The translations under genes were made by a program, and so were the position numbers. 36,550 nucleotides of DNA from an uncultured virus (IMG/VR IMGVR_UViG_3300021087_000006). Taxonomy: Duplodnaviria; Heunggongvirae; Uroviricota; Caudoviricetes. The stretch's first letter is position 1, and each line of letters begins with the position of its first letter. The stretch is from IMG/VR virus record IMGVR_UViG_3300021087_000006. One strand, 5' to 3'. A model generated the notes under the pieces. That model was not told where the DNA came from. It made no database searches and was given only the letters and a program-made list of their open reading frames with translations. Of this stretch, positions 25,688 through 34,745 are shown one piece after another.

Positions 25688-26070
25688 TGCCCCGAAAGCT
25701 CATTGCGGAAAGCTACCCGCACCAAACCATTTTCTACCCGCCAGATGCACCAAAGACATATATGGATGCACCTAAGAATGATCGTCAATTACCTCATGCA
25801 ATGATCCCCTCAGCGTCCCCAGTACCTACTAGGTTCGTTGAAGAATCGCAAGAAGGTATGTGGGCAGCAGCCGCTAGGTTAGCACCACAGCTTATGGGTA
25901 TGGCAGGTAAATCTGCTGCCATCTCCTTCGGTGCGACCGCAGGTGGCAACCTAGGCAATAAAGTGACTGGCGGTGGTTCAGCAGGATCATCAGCAGGGGA
26001 TGCACTATCAGGGTTATCAGGGGATTTACTATCAGGATTTTCAGGGGCGGAAGGGACGACTGGTTATTAA
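25687..26070 (+). CDS. hypothetical protein with a Gly/Ala-rich C-terminus
   Basis: TAATG overlap. Confidence 0.7.
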   Translation: MPRKLIAESYPHQTIFYPPDAPKTYMDAPKNDRQLPHAMIPSASPVPTRFVEESQEGMWAAAARLAPQLMGMAGKSAAISFGATAGGNLGNKVTGGGSAGSSAGDALSGLSGDLLSGFSGAEGTTGY

Positions 26071-26088
26071 TATGAAAGCAAATACCTC

Positions 26089-26277
26089 ATGAGAGAGCAA
26101 GAACACCAACGGGGTAGAGCCATACACCACCACGACAAACATGCAGCCCACAAGGCAGGACATCGGCCAGACGATCCGCATGGCGTAACAGCCATGAGCG
26201 CCGAGGAGGAAGAGGCACAAGCCGACTATCAGGTCAGCGTTCATCTTGAAGAAGAGCGTATGAAAGAGGGCAGATGA
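26089..26277 (+). CDS. His-rich small protein, paralog 1
   Basis: First 34 aa nearly identical to the next ORF. Confidence 0.75.
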   Translation: MREQEHQRGRAIHHHDKHAAHKAGHRPDDPHGVTAMSAEEEEAQADYQVSVHLEEERMKEGR

Positions 26278-26483
26278 GAGATCAAGAACATGAACGCGGT
26301 GCGTCACTACACCACCACGACAAACACGCCGCACACAAGGCAGGACACCGTCCAGATGATCCACATGGTGTAACAGGTCCTGCAACGGCCGAAGAACTAA
26401 TGAGTCTCGATCCTCAAGCCTTAGACCTGCTCGGTAAGGCGATGGAAACAGGTTTTAACATGCTCGATGAGGCGATGGACTAA
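26274..26483 (+). CDS. His-rich small protein, paralog 2
   Basis: ATGA overlap; shared HHHDKHAAHKAGHRPDDPHGVT. Confidence 0.75.
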   Translation: MRDQEHERGASLHHHDKHAAHKAGHRPDDPHGVTGPATAEELMSLDPQALDLLGKAMETGFNMLDEAMD

Positions 26484-26570
26484 TCGAGTAGTGCCTGAAG
26501 GTGTGTACGCCGATGAGAGACGGGAAGCTCTGGTACGCACAAACCTTCAATTATATTTAGACCGAAAGGG

Positions 26571-26693
26571 TAGACAAGAGTGTCACCCCTCCCTAGTCAC
26601 AGGTGACTACCCCCCTAGACATCAGTGACTACCCCCCTAGTCACCAGTGTCCTGTTATTCAGATTATAGTAATCAGATTTAGGTATTCAGATT
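26571..26693. repeat. iteron-like 22-bp repeats plus AT-rich repeats with a 14-bp period (putative replication origin)
   Basis: Related units start at 26571, 26594, 26616 and 26638 (core copies TAGTCACAGGTGACTACCCCCC and TAGACATCAGTGACTACCCCCC); TAWTCAGATT at 26656, 26670 and 26684. Confidence 0.8.
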
Positions 26694-26806
26694 AATTTAC
26701 GACCAGAGGTCGTGTTTAAAAAATAAGGATAGTAAAAGTTGCAAAGGTGACGCAGTGATGGTGTAGAGTGACCATCTCGGTACCCGCCCTCTAGTAGATT
26801 AGATGA

Positions 26807-28726
26807 ATGTCACTTTCGCCAGAATTTGTAAAACGTTACTCCGGTAAAGAACCCCCATGGGGATTTGACGGACTTGGATACGTGGTTTATAAACGCACCT
26901 ATGCTCGGGTGACAGATGAGAAGCAGAACATCACGGAGGAGTGGTGGCAGACGCTACAGCGTGTCGTCGATGGAGCAGAGGCTATTGGTGCGGGACTGAC
27001 TAAGGACGAGTCGGAACGTTTGTTCGACTACATGTTCAACCTCAAGGCTTCTGTTGGTGGTCGGATGCTGTGGCAACTAGGAACACCCAACAATGAACGA
27101 CTGGGCGGCGACTCACTCGTCAACTGTTGGTTCGTGGACATTACTAAGCCCGAAGATTTCTCGTGGATGTTTGAGAGACTGATGCTTGGTGGAGGCGTAG
27201 GATTTTCAGTAACACACCCAGAGTCACTTGGTGTTGTCAGGCAGGGAACAGCCCAGCACCTTAATGAGGCAGACGCTGACTTCATAGTTCCTGACAAGCG
27301 CGAGGGTTGGGCACAGGCCGTCCTATTAGCCATCAAGACTTACTTGGGAACAGAAGATGACACAGATACCATTACGTATAACACGAGCCTCATACGCCCT
27401 GCTGGTGCTCCTATAAGGACATTCGGAGGCAAGGCTTCTGGACCCGGAATACTTGTTGAGGGTATAGAAAAGATTTCGACCATACTGAATGGTGCCGTTG
27501 GCAGGTTTCTTACATCTGTAGAGGTTCTTGACATAGGCAACATTATTGGATCAGTAGTTGTGGCTGGCAACGTCAGACGCTCTGCTGAAATAGCTTTAGG
27601 GCTTCCTAACGATATCGACTTCTTAAGTGCTAAGAGGTGGGACTTGGGAACCATACCAATGCACCGAGCCATGTCTAACAACTCCGTAGTGGTTGAGGAC
27701 ATACAGCAACTGCCGGAGGAATTTTGGGAGGGGTATCATGGTAATGGCGAGCCTTATGGCATGTTCAACCTTCAAACATCTCGCACGTATGGCAGAACCG
27801 GAGAAGTTCTCCCAGACAAAACCATCACAGGTACAAACCCATGTGCTGAGATAGGTTTAGCAAATCGTGAGTCTTGTAATCTAAGTGAGATATTTCTTCC
27901 CAACGTTGAATCCAAAGAAGAACTCATAGACATCGCCAAGCTGTTGTACAAGGTTCAGAAGGCAATAGCGTCCATGCCATACCTTGACAGAGAGTCCGAT
28001 GATATCACTAGTCAGAACATGAGGCTGGGTCTTGGTGTAACGGGCGTGGCACAGGCACACAAACAAATGGAATGGCTAGATGACACCTATCGTGCTTTAA
28101 GGGAGTTTGATAAAGAGTGGTCTATGCAGAACGATTGGCCAGAGTCTAAGAGACTCACGACTGTCAAGCCCAGTGGAACACTATCCTTGTTAGCTGGGGT
28201 GACACCCGGAGTACATCCCGGATACAGCAAGCACCACATTCGGAGGGTTCGTATGTCTGTTGGAGATCCCCTGCTTCAGTATTGTTCCGACATGGGATAC
28301 AACGTTGAGTGGGTCAAGAACCTCGATGGCACAGTATCTGACCGTACTAAATTGGTTGAGTTTCCATGCACATTTCCTGAAGGCACAGTCTTAGCTGAGG
28401 ACCTGACTGCTATACAACAAATGCAACTACAAGCACAGTTACAGAGGAAATGGGCAGACAATGCCGTAAGTGTAACAATCTACGTAAAAGAGGGTGAACT
28501 AGAGGAAGTGCAGGAGTATTTAAAGAGCAACTGGGTAAACATGAAATCAGTATCCTTCCTTCTACATTCCGACCATGGATTTGAACAGGCTCCTCTGGAA
28601 GCCATAAGTAATGCAAAGTATGCTCAACTAGTAAGTAAAGTTAGACAAACTGAAGTTGGACCACAAGGTGGTGTCAGTGAATTGCTAGATGACGACTGTG
28701 TTAACGGGTCGTGCCCAATTAGGTAG
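26807..28726 (+). CDS. nrdJ: class II (adenosylcobalamin-dependent) ribonucleotide reductase, monomeric RTPR type
   Basis: VYKRTYAR, VNCW, GGGVGFS, GNVRRSAEI, TNPCAEI, CNLSE, TVKPSGT and C-terminal C..GSCPIR. Confidence 0.93.
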   Translation: MSLSPEFVKRYSGKEPPWGFDGLGYVVYKRTYARVTDEKQNITEEWWQTLQRVVDGAEAIGAGLTKDESERLFDYMFNLKASVGGRMLWQLGTPNNERLGGDSLVNCWFVDITKPEDFSWMFERLMLGGGVGFSVTHPESLGVVRQGTAQHLNEADADFIVPDKREGWAQAVLLAIKTYLGTEDDTDTITYNTSLIRPAGAPIRTFGGKASGPGILVEGIEKISTILNGAVGRFLTSVEVLDIGNIIGSVVVAGNVRRSAEIALGLPNDIDFLSAKRWDLGTIPMHRAMSNNSVVVEDIQQLPEEFWEGYHGNGEPYGMFNLQTSRTYGRTGEVLPDKTITGTNPCAEIGLANRESCNLSEIFLPNVESKEELIDIAKLLYKVQKAIASMPYLDRESDDITSQNMRLGLGVTGVAQAHKQMEWLDDTYRALREFDKEWSMQNDWPESKRLTTVKPSGTLSLLAGVTPGVHPGYSKHHIRRVRMSVGDPLLQYCSDMGYNVEWVKNLDGTVSDRTKLVEFPCTFPEGTVLAEDLTAIQQMQLQAQLQRKWADNAVSVTIYVKEGELEEVQEYLKSNWVNMKSVSFLLHSDHGFEQAPLEAISNAKYAQLVSKVRQTEVGPQGGVSELLDDDCVNGSCPIR

Positions 28727-28727
28727 A

Positions 28728-28877
28728 CTACCTGCGTCGGTTACCAGTATTACCACACACCCAACATTGCGAACTTTTATTTCGTTTAGGAACTATCCAG
28801 TACACATCACAGTCGGAGCACTCCCACAGGTTTGTGTACGGTTTTATCTTCCCTTCAAAAATAATTGGCAGACGCAC
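28728..28877 (-). CDS. 49-aa zinc-ribbon protein (not in ORF track)
   Basis: WECSDCDVYW...CWVCG; leaderless TACTAT, 6 nt, GTG. Confidence 0.6.
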   Translation of the reverse strand: MRLPIIFEGKIKPYTNLWECSDCDVYWIVPKRNKSSQCWVCGNTGNRRR

Positions 28878-28902
28878 TTACATATAGTAGTACAATATAA
28901 AC

Positions 28903-29064
28903 ATGATCGTTACTTACACTATTGATACTCCAATGATCCACGATGCTAGAGAACAGGCTGTTCGACTAGCGAAAGCACAGGGTTACTCTAGAGTGTCAGT
29001 CCTGTCAATAGAGAAGATGGGCACAGGAACTCAGTGGCAAGTAAAGATGCAATTATTTAGGTAG
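28903..29064 (+). CDS. 53-aa hypothetical protein (not in ORF track)
   Basis: Leaderless TACAAT (28891-28896), 6 nt, ATG. Confidence 0.65.
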   Translation: MIVTYTIDTPMIHDAREQAVRLAKAQGYSRVSVLSIEKMGTGTQWQVKMQLFR

Positions 29065-29069
29065 GTGGC

Positions 29070-29561
29070 ATGTCTGACAAAGTAAACCCCGGACAGTTCG
29101 GTGAACAATTTGGGATGTCTGAACAAGAACAGAGGCAGATCGAAGGACGAGCCCTTGGGAAGCATATATTCGAGGGAGTTGAAGAAGCAATGTTCGGGTA
29201 TGCAGGCGGAATGAAAGATCGGGTGGTCAATCAAGGTTGGGAGAGTGTTGAAAGTAATTGGTATGCTGAACATCGAGCTGGTCATGTAACTGCTGATCCT
29301 GACGACGACGACTATCCGGTTTATCGCCACGATTTAGGTGATGGCTACCATGCTACATATCCCATTGACGGTGTGTACGCAACCATCCATTATGGAAGCG
29401 GCAGTAGAGGGGGCTTAGACGTTGTTAACTTTTCCGCCGACGATGATGCCGATGAAGAAGCATCAATGATTCGACGTAGAGACCCCGACCATGTGCGGTC
29501 AACAATAGAACAACATCATAGGGAGTTTATTCTTCCTAATGAAGAGGACTATCTCAGGTGA
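29070..29561 (+). CDS. hypothetical protein with N-terminal VNPGQFGEQF
   Basis: ORF with AGGTGG SD. Confidence 0.7.
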   Translation: MSDKVNPGQFGEQFGMSEQEQRQIEGRALGKHIFEGVEEAMFGYAGGMKDRVVNQGWESVESNWYAEHRAGHVTADPDDDDYPVYRHDLGDGYHATYPIDGVYATIHYGSGSRGGLDVVNFSADDDADEEASMIRRRDPDHVRSTIEQHHREFILPNEEDYLR

Positions 29562-29573
29562 TAAACTAGAGAA

Positions 29574-30302
29574 ATGGTCTGGTACGTAAATTACGACATT
29601 GTCAAAGGTCTACCGTGGGAAAGATTGGTGATTGTTAAAGATCGACGCTCACACAGGGTAGTCACTCCATCTAAAGCTAGGGCTTACCTTAAAACTGGAA
29701 CAACCTCTCTTATGGAGATAAGTGCCAGTGTAACTGGTGAGAACGGTATTCAATTATCTTTAACCGCAGATCAAACAAAAGACCTCCCAACCGGAGAACT
29801 CTCATATGATGTTTTCGCAACTGTTAAACTATATGGAGCGGACACTGAAAAACAGGTAAGTAAAGGTTTACTAAACGTATCAACATTAGACCGCATAACA
29901 CCGGACGAGGACTCTAAATCATTGGAACTAAGATACACACAGAAAACAGACTTTTACAGAACCTTCACTTGGAAGGCTTCTAACGACACTGTTCAGACAG
30001 TGCAGTCGTCTTATATGCAGGCAAAGAACGCATCGGGTACCGTTGTGTTGGATCTGCGTTGGTACGCATCTAAACCGTCAGACTCAACTGTAGTAGCGCT
30101 ATCTCCGGCAAATAAACGAGGTTACCTAATTGCAGGTGAATCTGCGGACACAACCTTAGACATGCACATTTCCGACACAAACGATGTTGCAGCAGGAACG
30201 TACACCTACGACTTGTTTGTACAAGACTCGGCTGGTGATTGGGATGTGTTAGCCGCAGGTAACTTGGTGGTAGAGGCAGCAACTTCTAGTAATCCGTATT
30301 AG
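29574..30302 (+). CDS. virion structural protein with two BppU-like beta domains
   Basis: Repeated GELSYDV / GTYTYDL motifs; leaderless TGA-TAAACT, 6 nt. Confidence 0.65.
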   Translation: MVWYVNYDIVKGLPWERLVIVKDRRSHRVVTPSKARAYLKTGTTSLMEISASVTGENGIQLSLTADQTKDLPTGELSYDVFATVKLYGADTEKQVSKGLLNVSTLDRITPDEDSKSLELRYTQKTDFYRTFTWKASNDTVQTVQSSYMQAKNASGTVVLDLRWYASKPSDSTVVALSPANKRGYLIAGESADTTLDMHISDTNDVAAGTYTYDLFVQDSAGDWDVLAAGNLVVEAATSSNPY

Positions 30303-30304
30303 TC

Positions 30305-30718
30305 ATGCCACATAATTCTGAAACCGTAACAGTCACCAAGACTGATAAAGTCACGACTGTTACCGAGGGCTCTACTGATACCGTAGAGACATCTATACCG
30401 GGCAAGCCCGGACCAGTCAATGTCCTCACAGTAGGTACGGTAACCACTGGAAGTACTGACTCAGCATCAGCTACAATAACAGGAACATCGCCTAGTCAGG
30501 TACTTAACTTAGTACTACCAAAAGCTGCTGTGTATACACATACTCAAGGCTCGGCTGCTACAAGTTGGACAATCGCCCATAATCTAGGGTATTATCCAAA
30601 TGTTTCCATAGTTGATAGTTCGGGAAACGTTGTTATAGGAGATGTTCAGCACTCTTCAGCAAACCAAGTCGTGGTATCATTTAGTGGAGCCTTTAGTGGC
30701 TCGGCATATTTATCGTAG
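30305..30718 (+). CDS. tail-associated protein
   Basis: YTHTQ....WTIAHNLG.YPNVSIVD motif, Thr/Ser-rich. Confidence 0.7.
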   Translation: MPHNSETVTVTKTDKVTTVTEGSTDTVETSIPGKPGPVNVLTVGTVTTGSTDSASATITGTSPSQVLNLVLPKAAVYTHTQGSAATSWTIAHNLGYYPNVSIVDSSGNVVIGDVQHSSANQVVVSFSGAFSGSAYLS

Positions 30719-30727
30719 GGGCTGTTT

Positions 30728-31696
30728 ATGGCAACAAAGATTGTTACAAATCTTGATTTAAACCAAAACGAGATTCAGAACGTTCGTGTTCAGAATCTTG
30801 CATCAGCGCCCTCCAGTCCTGTCAGTGGTCAAATTTACTACAACACCACCACCCACACCCTGCATGTCTATTTAGCCTCTAGTTGGTTAAATCTTGCAGA
30901 GGGCGATGTTACTTCCATTGTTGCTGGCACAGGCTTATCGGGTGGTGGACTGAGCGGCGATATTACGGTAAACCTTGCTAACACGTCAGTTACTGCTGGT
31001 AACTATGGAAGTGCTACACAAGTACCGTCTTACACAGTAGACGCTCAAGGCAGGCTAACCGCCGCCGCAGACGTAACCATAGCTATTCCTTCCACGGCTG
31101 TCACCGACTTTACGGAGGCCGTACAGGATGTAGCAGGTGCATTTGTCAGTGGCACAGCCAATGAAGTTACAGCCACATACGACGATGCCGGTGGCACTCT
31201 AACACTAGGACTGCCAACTAACGTTACCGTCGCAGGTAACCTCACAGTAAACGGCACCACAACAACTATTAGTTCAACAACAATTACTGTTGACGATAAA
31301 AACTTAGAACTCGGATCTGTCGCCTCTCCTTCAGACACAACCGCTGATGGCGGTGGTTTCACACTTAAGGGCGCAACAGACAAAACATTTAACTGGGTAA
31401 ATTCCACAGATGCGTGGACTTCCTCAGAGCATATTGACTTAGCGTCAGGTAAAGAATTTAGAATCAACGGAGTAAGACAGCCTCAAAAGGTTTCTTCCAA
31501 CGTTGGTGATGGTAGTGCTACAGCAATAGCAGTAACCCACAACTTAGGCTCAGACGATGTCTTGGTTGAGGTTTATGATGCCACTAGTAAGGAATCGGTC
31601 ATATGCGACGTAGATCGCACCAGCACAAACGCTGTGACCTTAACATTCTCTACGGCTCCTGCCTCAAACGCATATCGAGTTGTAATTATAGGTTAG
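30728..31696 (+). CDS. tail fibre-like structural protein
   Basis: PSSPVSGQIYYNT, GNLTVNGTTTT..VDDK and C-terminal THNLG. Confidence 0.75.
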   Translation: MATKIVTNLDLNQNEIQNVRVQNLASAPSSPVSGQIYYNTTTHTLHVYLASSWLNLAEGDVTSIVAGTGLSGGGLSGDITVNLANTSVTAGNYGSATQVPSYTVDAQGRLTAAADVTIAIPSTAVTDFTEAVQDVAGAFVSGTANEVTATYDDAGGTLTLGLPTNVTVAGNLTVNGTTTTISSTTITVDDKNLELGSVASPSDTTADGGGFTLKGATDKTFNWVNSTDAWTSSEHIDLASGKEFRINGVRQPQKVSSNVGDGSATAIAVTHNLGSDDVLVEVYDATSKESVICDVDRTSTNAVTLTFSTAPASNAYRVVIIG

Positions 31697-31737
31697 TCCT
31701 GAGGGGCTACTGAACAGAATAGGAAACGGTTGAGGCC

Positions 31738-32163
31738 GTGGCAAGAGCATTTAAGACACTTATATCTATAGAGGATCTGGCGGCAGCGTCGTCTGAAGCC
31801 CTCCGCACCAAAGTTTCTGGTGATTCCAACGCCCGCATAACCGTAGACGCAGGCGGAAAACTAACTTGGGGTTCCGGTTCTGCAACGGGTGACACCACCC
31901 TCTATCGTTCAGCAGCAAATACGCTTAAAACTGATGATGCTTTTCAAGCGACATTAGGTGTAATAAACCTAACTTCGTCAGGAGCGCCTTCTGCCAGTTC
32001 GGCAGACGGCACTTTAGCGATTGACACAAGCAATCATAAGTTCTACTTCAGGTCAGGGTCGTCGTGGAGGTCAATCTCTACACAAGGAAATATTGATGGA
32101 GGAGTGGCTAGTACCACTGCCACACACTACGCATTTGGCGTTGACGGAGGAGATGCTACCTAA
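31738..32163 (+). CDS. small tail fibre-associated protein
   Basis: DTTLYRSAANTLKTDD, GTLAIDT...FYFR...W, IDGG. Confidence 0.7.
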   Translation: MARAFKTLISIEDLAAASSEALRTKVSGDSNARITVDAGGKLTWGSGSATGDTTLYRSAANTLKTDDAFQATLGVINLTSSGAPSASSADGTLAIDTSNHKFYFRSGSSWRSISTQGNIDGGVASTTATHYAFGVDGGDAT

Positions 32164-34745
32164 TGGCTGTAATTATTCAACTTAGAAGAGACAGTGCGTC
32201 TGACTGGACTAGTAACAACCCCACCCTTGCGGAAGGGGAAATGGGTGTTGAGCTAGACACCGCCCAGTACAAGATAGGGGACGGCTCTACTGTTTGGAAC
32301 TCTCTGGCTTACTCCTCGTTTCCGTCCAATGGTCTAAACCTAGACACCATAGCCGCCAAGGGAGACTTAATAGCAGGCACTGCTGATGATACTGCTGGCA
32401 TATTGACAGTAGGATCTAATGGTCAAACTCTTGTAGCAGACAGTTCTACTACAAGTGGTTTAAAGTGGGTAACCACTGACACAATAGTCAACTGGCATGA
32501 AGCCTGTAAATTAGCTTCAGCCGCCGCATTACCCAACTCTCCCACCTATAGCAACGGTACATCTGGTGTTGGCGCAACTCTTACCGCTGACTCAAACGTT
32601 CGTCTGGTGGTCGATGGCGTTAATGCCACTACCGGAGATCGAGTCTTGGTTCAGGATCAGGCAAGTGCTGTTCAGAATGGTATCTACGATGTAACCAACC
32701 AAGGAGCCGCAGGTTCTGCCGCTTGGGTGCTAACTAGGTCTGACGATTTGGATGGCTCACCTACAGGACAGATTAAGGCTGGCGATTCAGCTTATATCAC
32801 CGCTGGCTCAACAAATAATGGTCAAGGTTTTGTGGTCACCTCCACAAGTGATCCACACGTAGTTGGTACCAACAACATTACGTTCACTCAATTCACGGGT
32901 ACTCAAGCGTTCACCGCTGGTACAGGTGCAAGTATTACTGGTAACACTATCAATATTAATACAGCGAGCACTGCTCGTATTGTTGCTAACGCTAACGACT
33001 TGGACTTGGCTACAACTGCTGTTACAGCCGCTTCTTATGGAAGTGCTACACAGGTACCCAACTACACAGTCGATGCTTACGGCAGACTCACAGCGGCGGC
33101 TAATACAACAATAGCCATCGCCTCCAGCGCAGTGACTGACTTCACTGAAGCCGTTCAGGACGTTTCAGGAGCGCAACTTGCTACCAACGGATCACACACT
33201 GGCATCACAGCTACGTATGACGATGGCGGCGACGGAGCCATAGACTTGGCTCTAGTTACTGAGAACGTCCAAGACATTGTTGGAGCACAAATAGCAACCA
33301 ACGGCTCTCATACGGGATTGAGCGCCGCCTATGACGATGGTGGAGATGGTGCTGTGGACTTAACCGTCGCAGCTACTCTCGGAACGCACACATCAGGTAA
33401 CTACGTTGCCACAATAGCGGGTACAGCTAATGAAGTTGATGTCTCTGGGTCAGGCTCTGAAACAGCAGCCGTGACTGTAGGGCTTCCTTCTTCCGTAACA
33501 ATTACTACTGCTCTTACAACTCCTTCGCTAACGGTTTCCGGTGCGTCCATAATATTAGAAGGTGCTACAGACGACGGTCATGAAACAACATTGACTGTCA
33601 CTGACCCCACAGCAGACCGCACAATTACATTTGGTAATGAGTCGGGTACTGTGTTTACCACTGCCAGCGTTCAGGCTTTGGCTAATGGTGTTACCGCTAC
33701 AACCCAGTCACAGAGTGATGGTTCAACAAAAGTTGCGACTACTGCTTATGTGGACACTGGTCTTGGTAATCTCAGCAGTAACTCAATTTCAGATGCTGAC
33801 GCAGACACAAAGATCCAAGTTGAAGAAGGGTCTGACGAAGACATCATTCGCTTCGACACTGCTGGCACTGAAAGAATGACGATCGGTGCTACTGGCACCG
33901 TAACCATTGTTGGTGATCTCACAGTTAACGGAACAACAACAACTGTTAATTCAACAACGTTAACTGTTGACGACAAGAATATTGAAATAGGATCTGTAGC
34001 TTCCCCAAGTGATACCACTGCTGACGGCGGTGGCATCACCTTGAAGGGCGCAAGCGATAAAACATGGAACTGGGTTAACTCAACTGATGCTTGGACATCT
34101 TCAGAACACATCGCTCTCGCCACTGGCAAGAGTGTTTACATTGATGGTGTCATCCAGTTGTCGAAGAACTCACTCGCAGCGACTGTTGTTCTCGCTGATG
34201 GTGTTACTGCCACTACACAAGCGGCAGATGACAATACAACTAAAGTTGCAACCACTGCGTATGTCCAAACAGAGTTGGGCGCTCTAAGCAGTGACTCAAT
34301 CAAAGATGCTGATAACGACACCAAGATTCAAGTTGAGGAATCCTCAGATGAGGACAAGATCCGATTTGATACTGGAGGTACTGAACGAGCAGTCCTTGAC
34401 AGTTCAGCGCTTGATGTTACAGGTAATGTCATTTATAACTTAGGGCTGAACAGCCAGACGGGAACCACCTACACATTTGCGGCCACGGACAGGGGTAAGT
34501 TGGTAACTATGAACAACGGTTCTGCCCAGACTGTTACAGTTCCACCGAACAGTTCAGTAGCAATAGCTGTGGGATCACAAGTACAAGTCGCCGGTCTTGG
34601 TGCTGGTGAAATAACTATGGCCGCTGGTTCTGGTGTAACGTTACGATACACACCCGGCTTGAAACTAAGGGCGCAGTATTCATCTGTAACTTGTATTAAG
34701 ATCGCTACAGACGAGTGGATACTGGTAGGAGACCTTGAGGCATAA
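32163..34745 (+). CDS. long tail fibre with an Mtd-N-like N-terminus and internal repeats
   Basis: IQLRRD...W...NPTLAEGEMG.E.DT...KIGDG...WNSL.Y; GDRVLV.DQ...QNGIY; duplicated modules; C-terminal IKIATDEWILVGDL. Confidence 0.85.
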   Translation: MAVIIQLRRDSASDWTSNNPTLAEGEMGVELDTAQYKIGDGSTVWNSLAYSSFPSNGLNLDTIAAKGDLIAGTADDTAGILTVGSNGQTLVADSSTTSGLKWVTTDTIVNWHEACKLASAAALPNSPTYSNGTSGVGATLTADSNVRLVVDGVNATTGDRVLVQDQASAVQNGIYDVTNQGAAGSAAWVLTRSDDLDGSPTGQIKAGDSAYITAGSTNNGQGFVVTSTSDPHVVGTNNITFTQFTGTQAFTAGTGASITGNTININTASTARIVANANDLDLATTAVTAASYGSATQVPNYTVDAYGRLTAAANTTIAIASSAVTDFTEAVQDVSGAQLATNGSHTGITATYDDGGDGAIDLALVTENVQDIVGAQIATNGSHTGLSAAYDDGGDGAVDLTVAATLGTHTSGNYVATIAGTANEVDVSGSGSETAAVTVGLPSSVTITTALTTPSLTVSGASIILEGATDDGHETTLTVTDPTADRTITFGNESGTVFTTASVQALANGVTATTQSQSDGSTKVATTAYVDTGLGNLSSNSISDADADTKIQVEEGSDEDIIRFDTAGTERMTIGATGTVTIVGDLTVNGTTTTVNSTTLTVDDKNIEIGSVASPSDTTADGGGITLKGASDKTWNWVNSTDAWTSSEHIALATGKSVYIDGVIQLSKNSLAATVVLADGVTATTQAADDNTTKVATTAYVQTELGALSSDSIKDADNDTKIQVEESSDEDKIRFDTGGTERAVLDSSALDVTGNVIYNLGLNSQTGTTYTFAATDRGKLVTMNNGSAQTVTVPPNSSVAIAVGSQVQVAGLGAGEITMAAGSGVTLRYTPGLKLRAQYSSVTCIKIATDEWILVGDLEA

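Noticed and set aside
26484..26806. Cobalamin riboswitch or initiator gene upstream of nrdJ
   Set aside because: No recognisable B12-box, nrdJ appears leaderless, and all frames across the iterons close quickly.
27028..28616. Antisense ORFs within nrdJ, and similar shadow ORFs over tail and other genes
   Set aside because: They lie fully opposite well-supported genes and have no motifs or start signals.
26807..28726. Intein or intron in the RNR or the helicase
   Set aside because: Both have ordinary lengths and contiguous motifs, with no splicing or homing-endonuclease signatures.
32163..34745. Diversity-generating retroelement suggested by the Mtd-like N-terminus and repeats
   Set aside because: No reverse transcriptase in the window; repeat differences are synonymous rather than adenine-specific, and both copies are coding.
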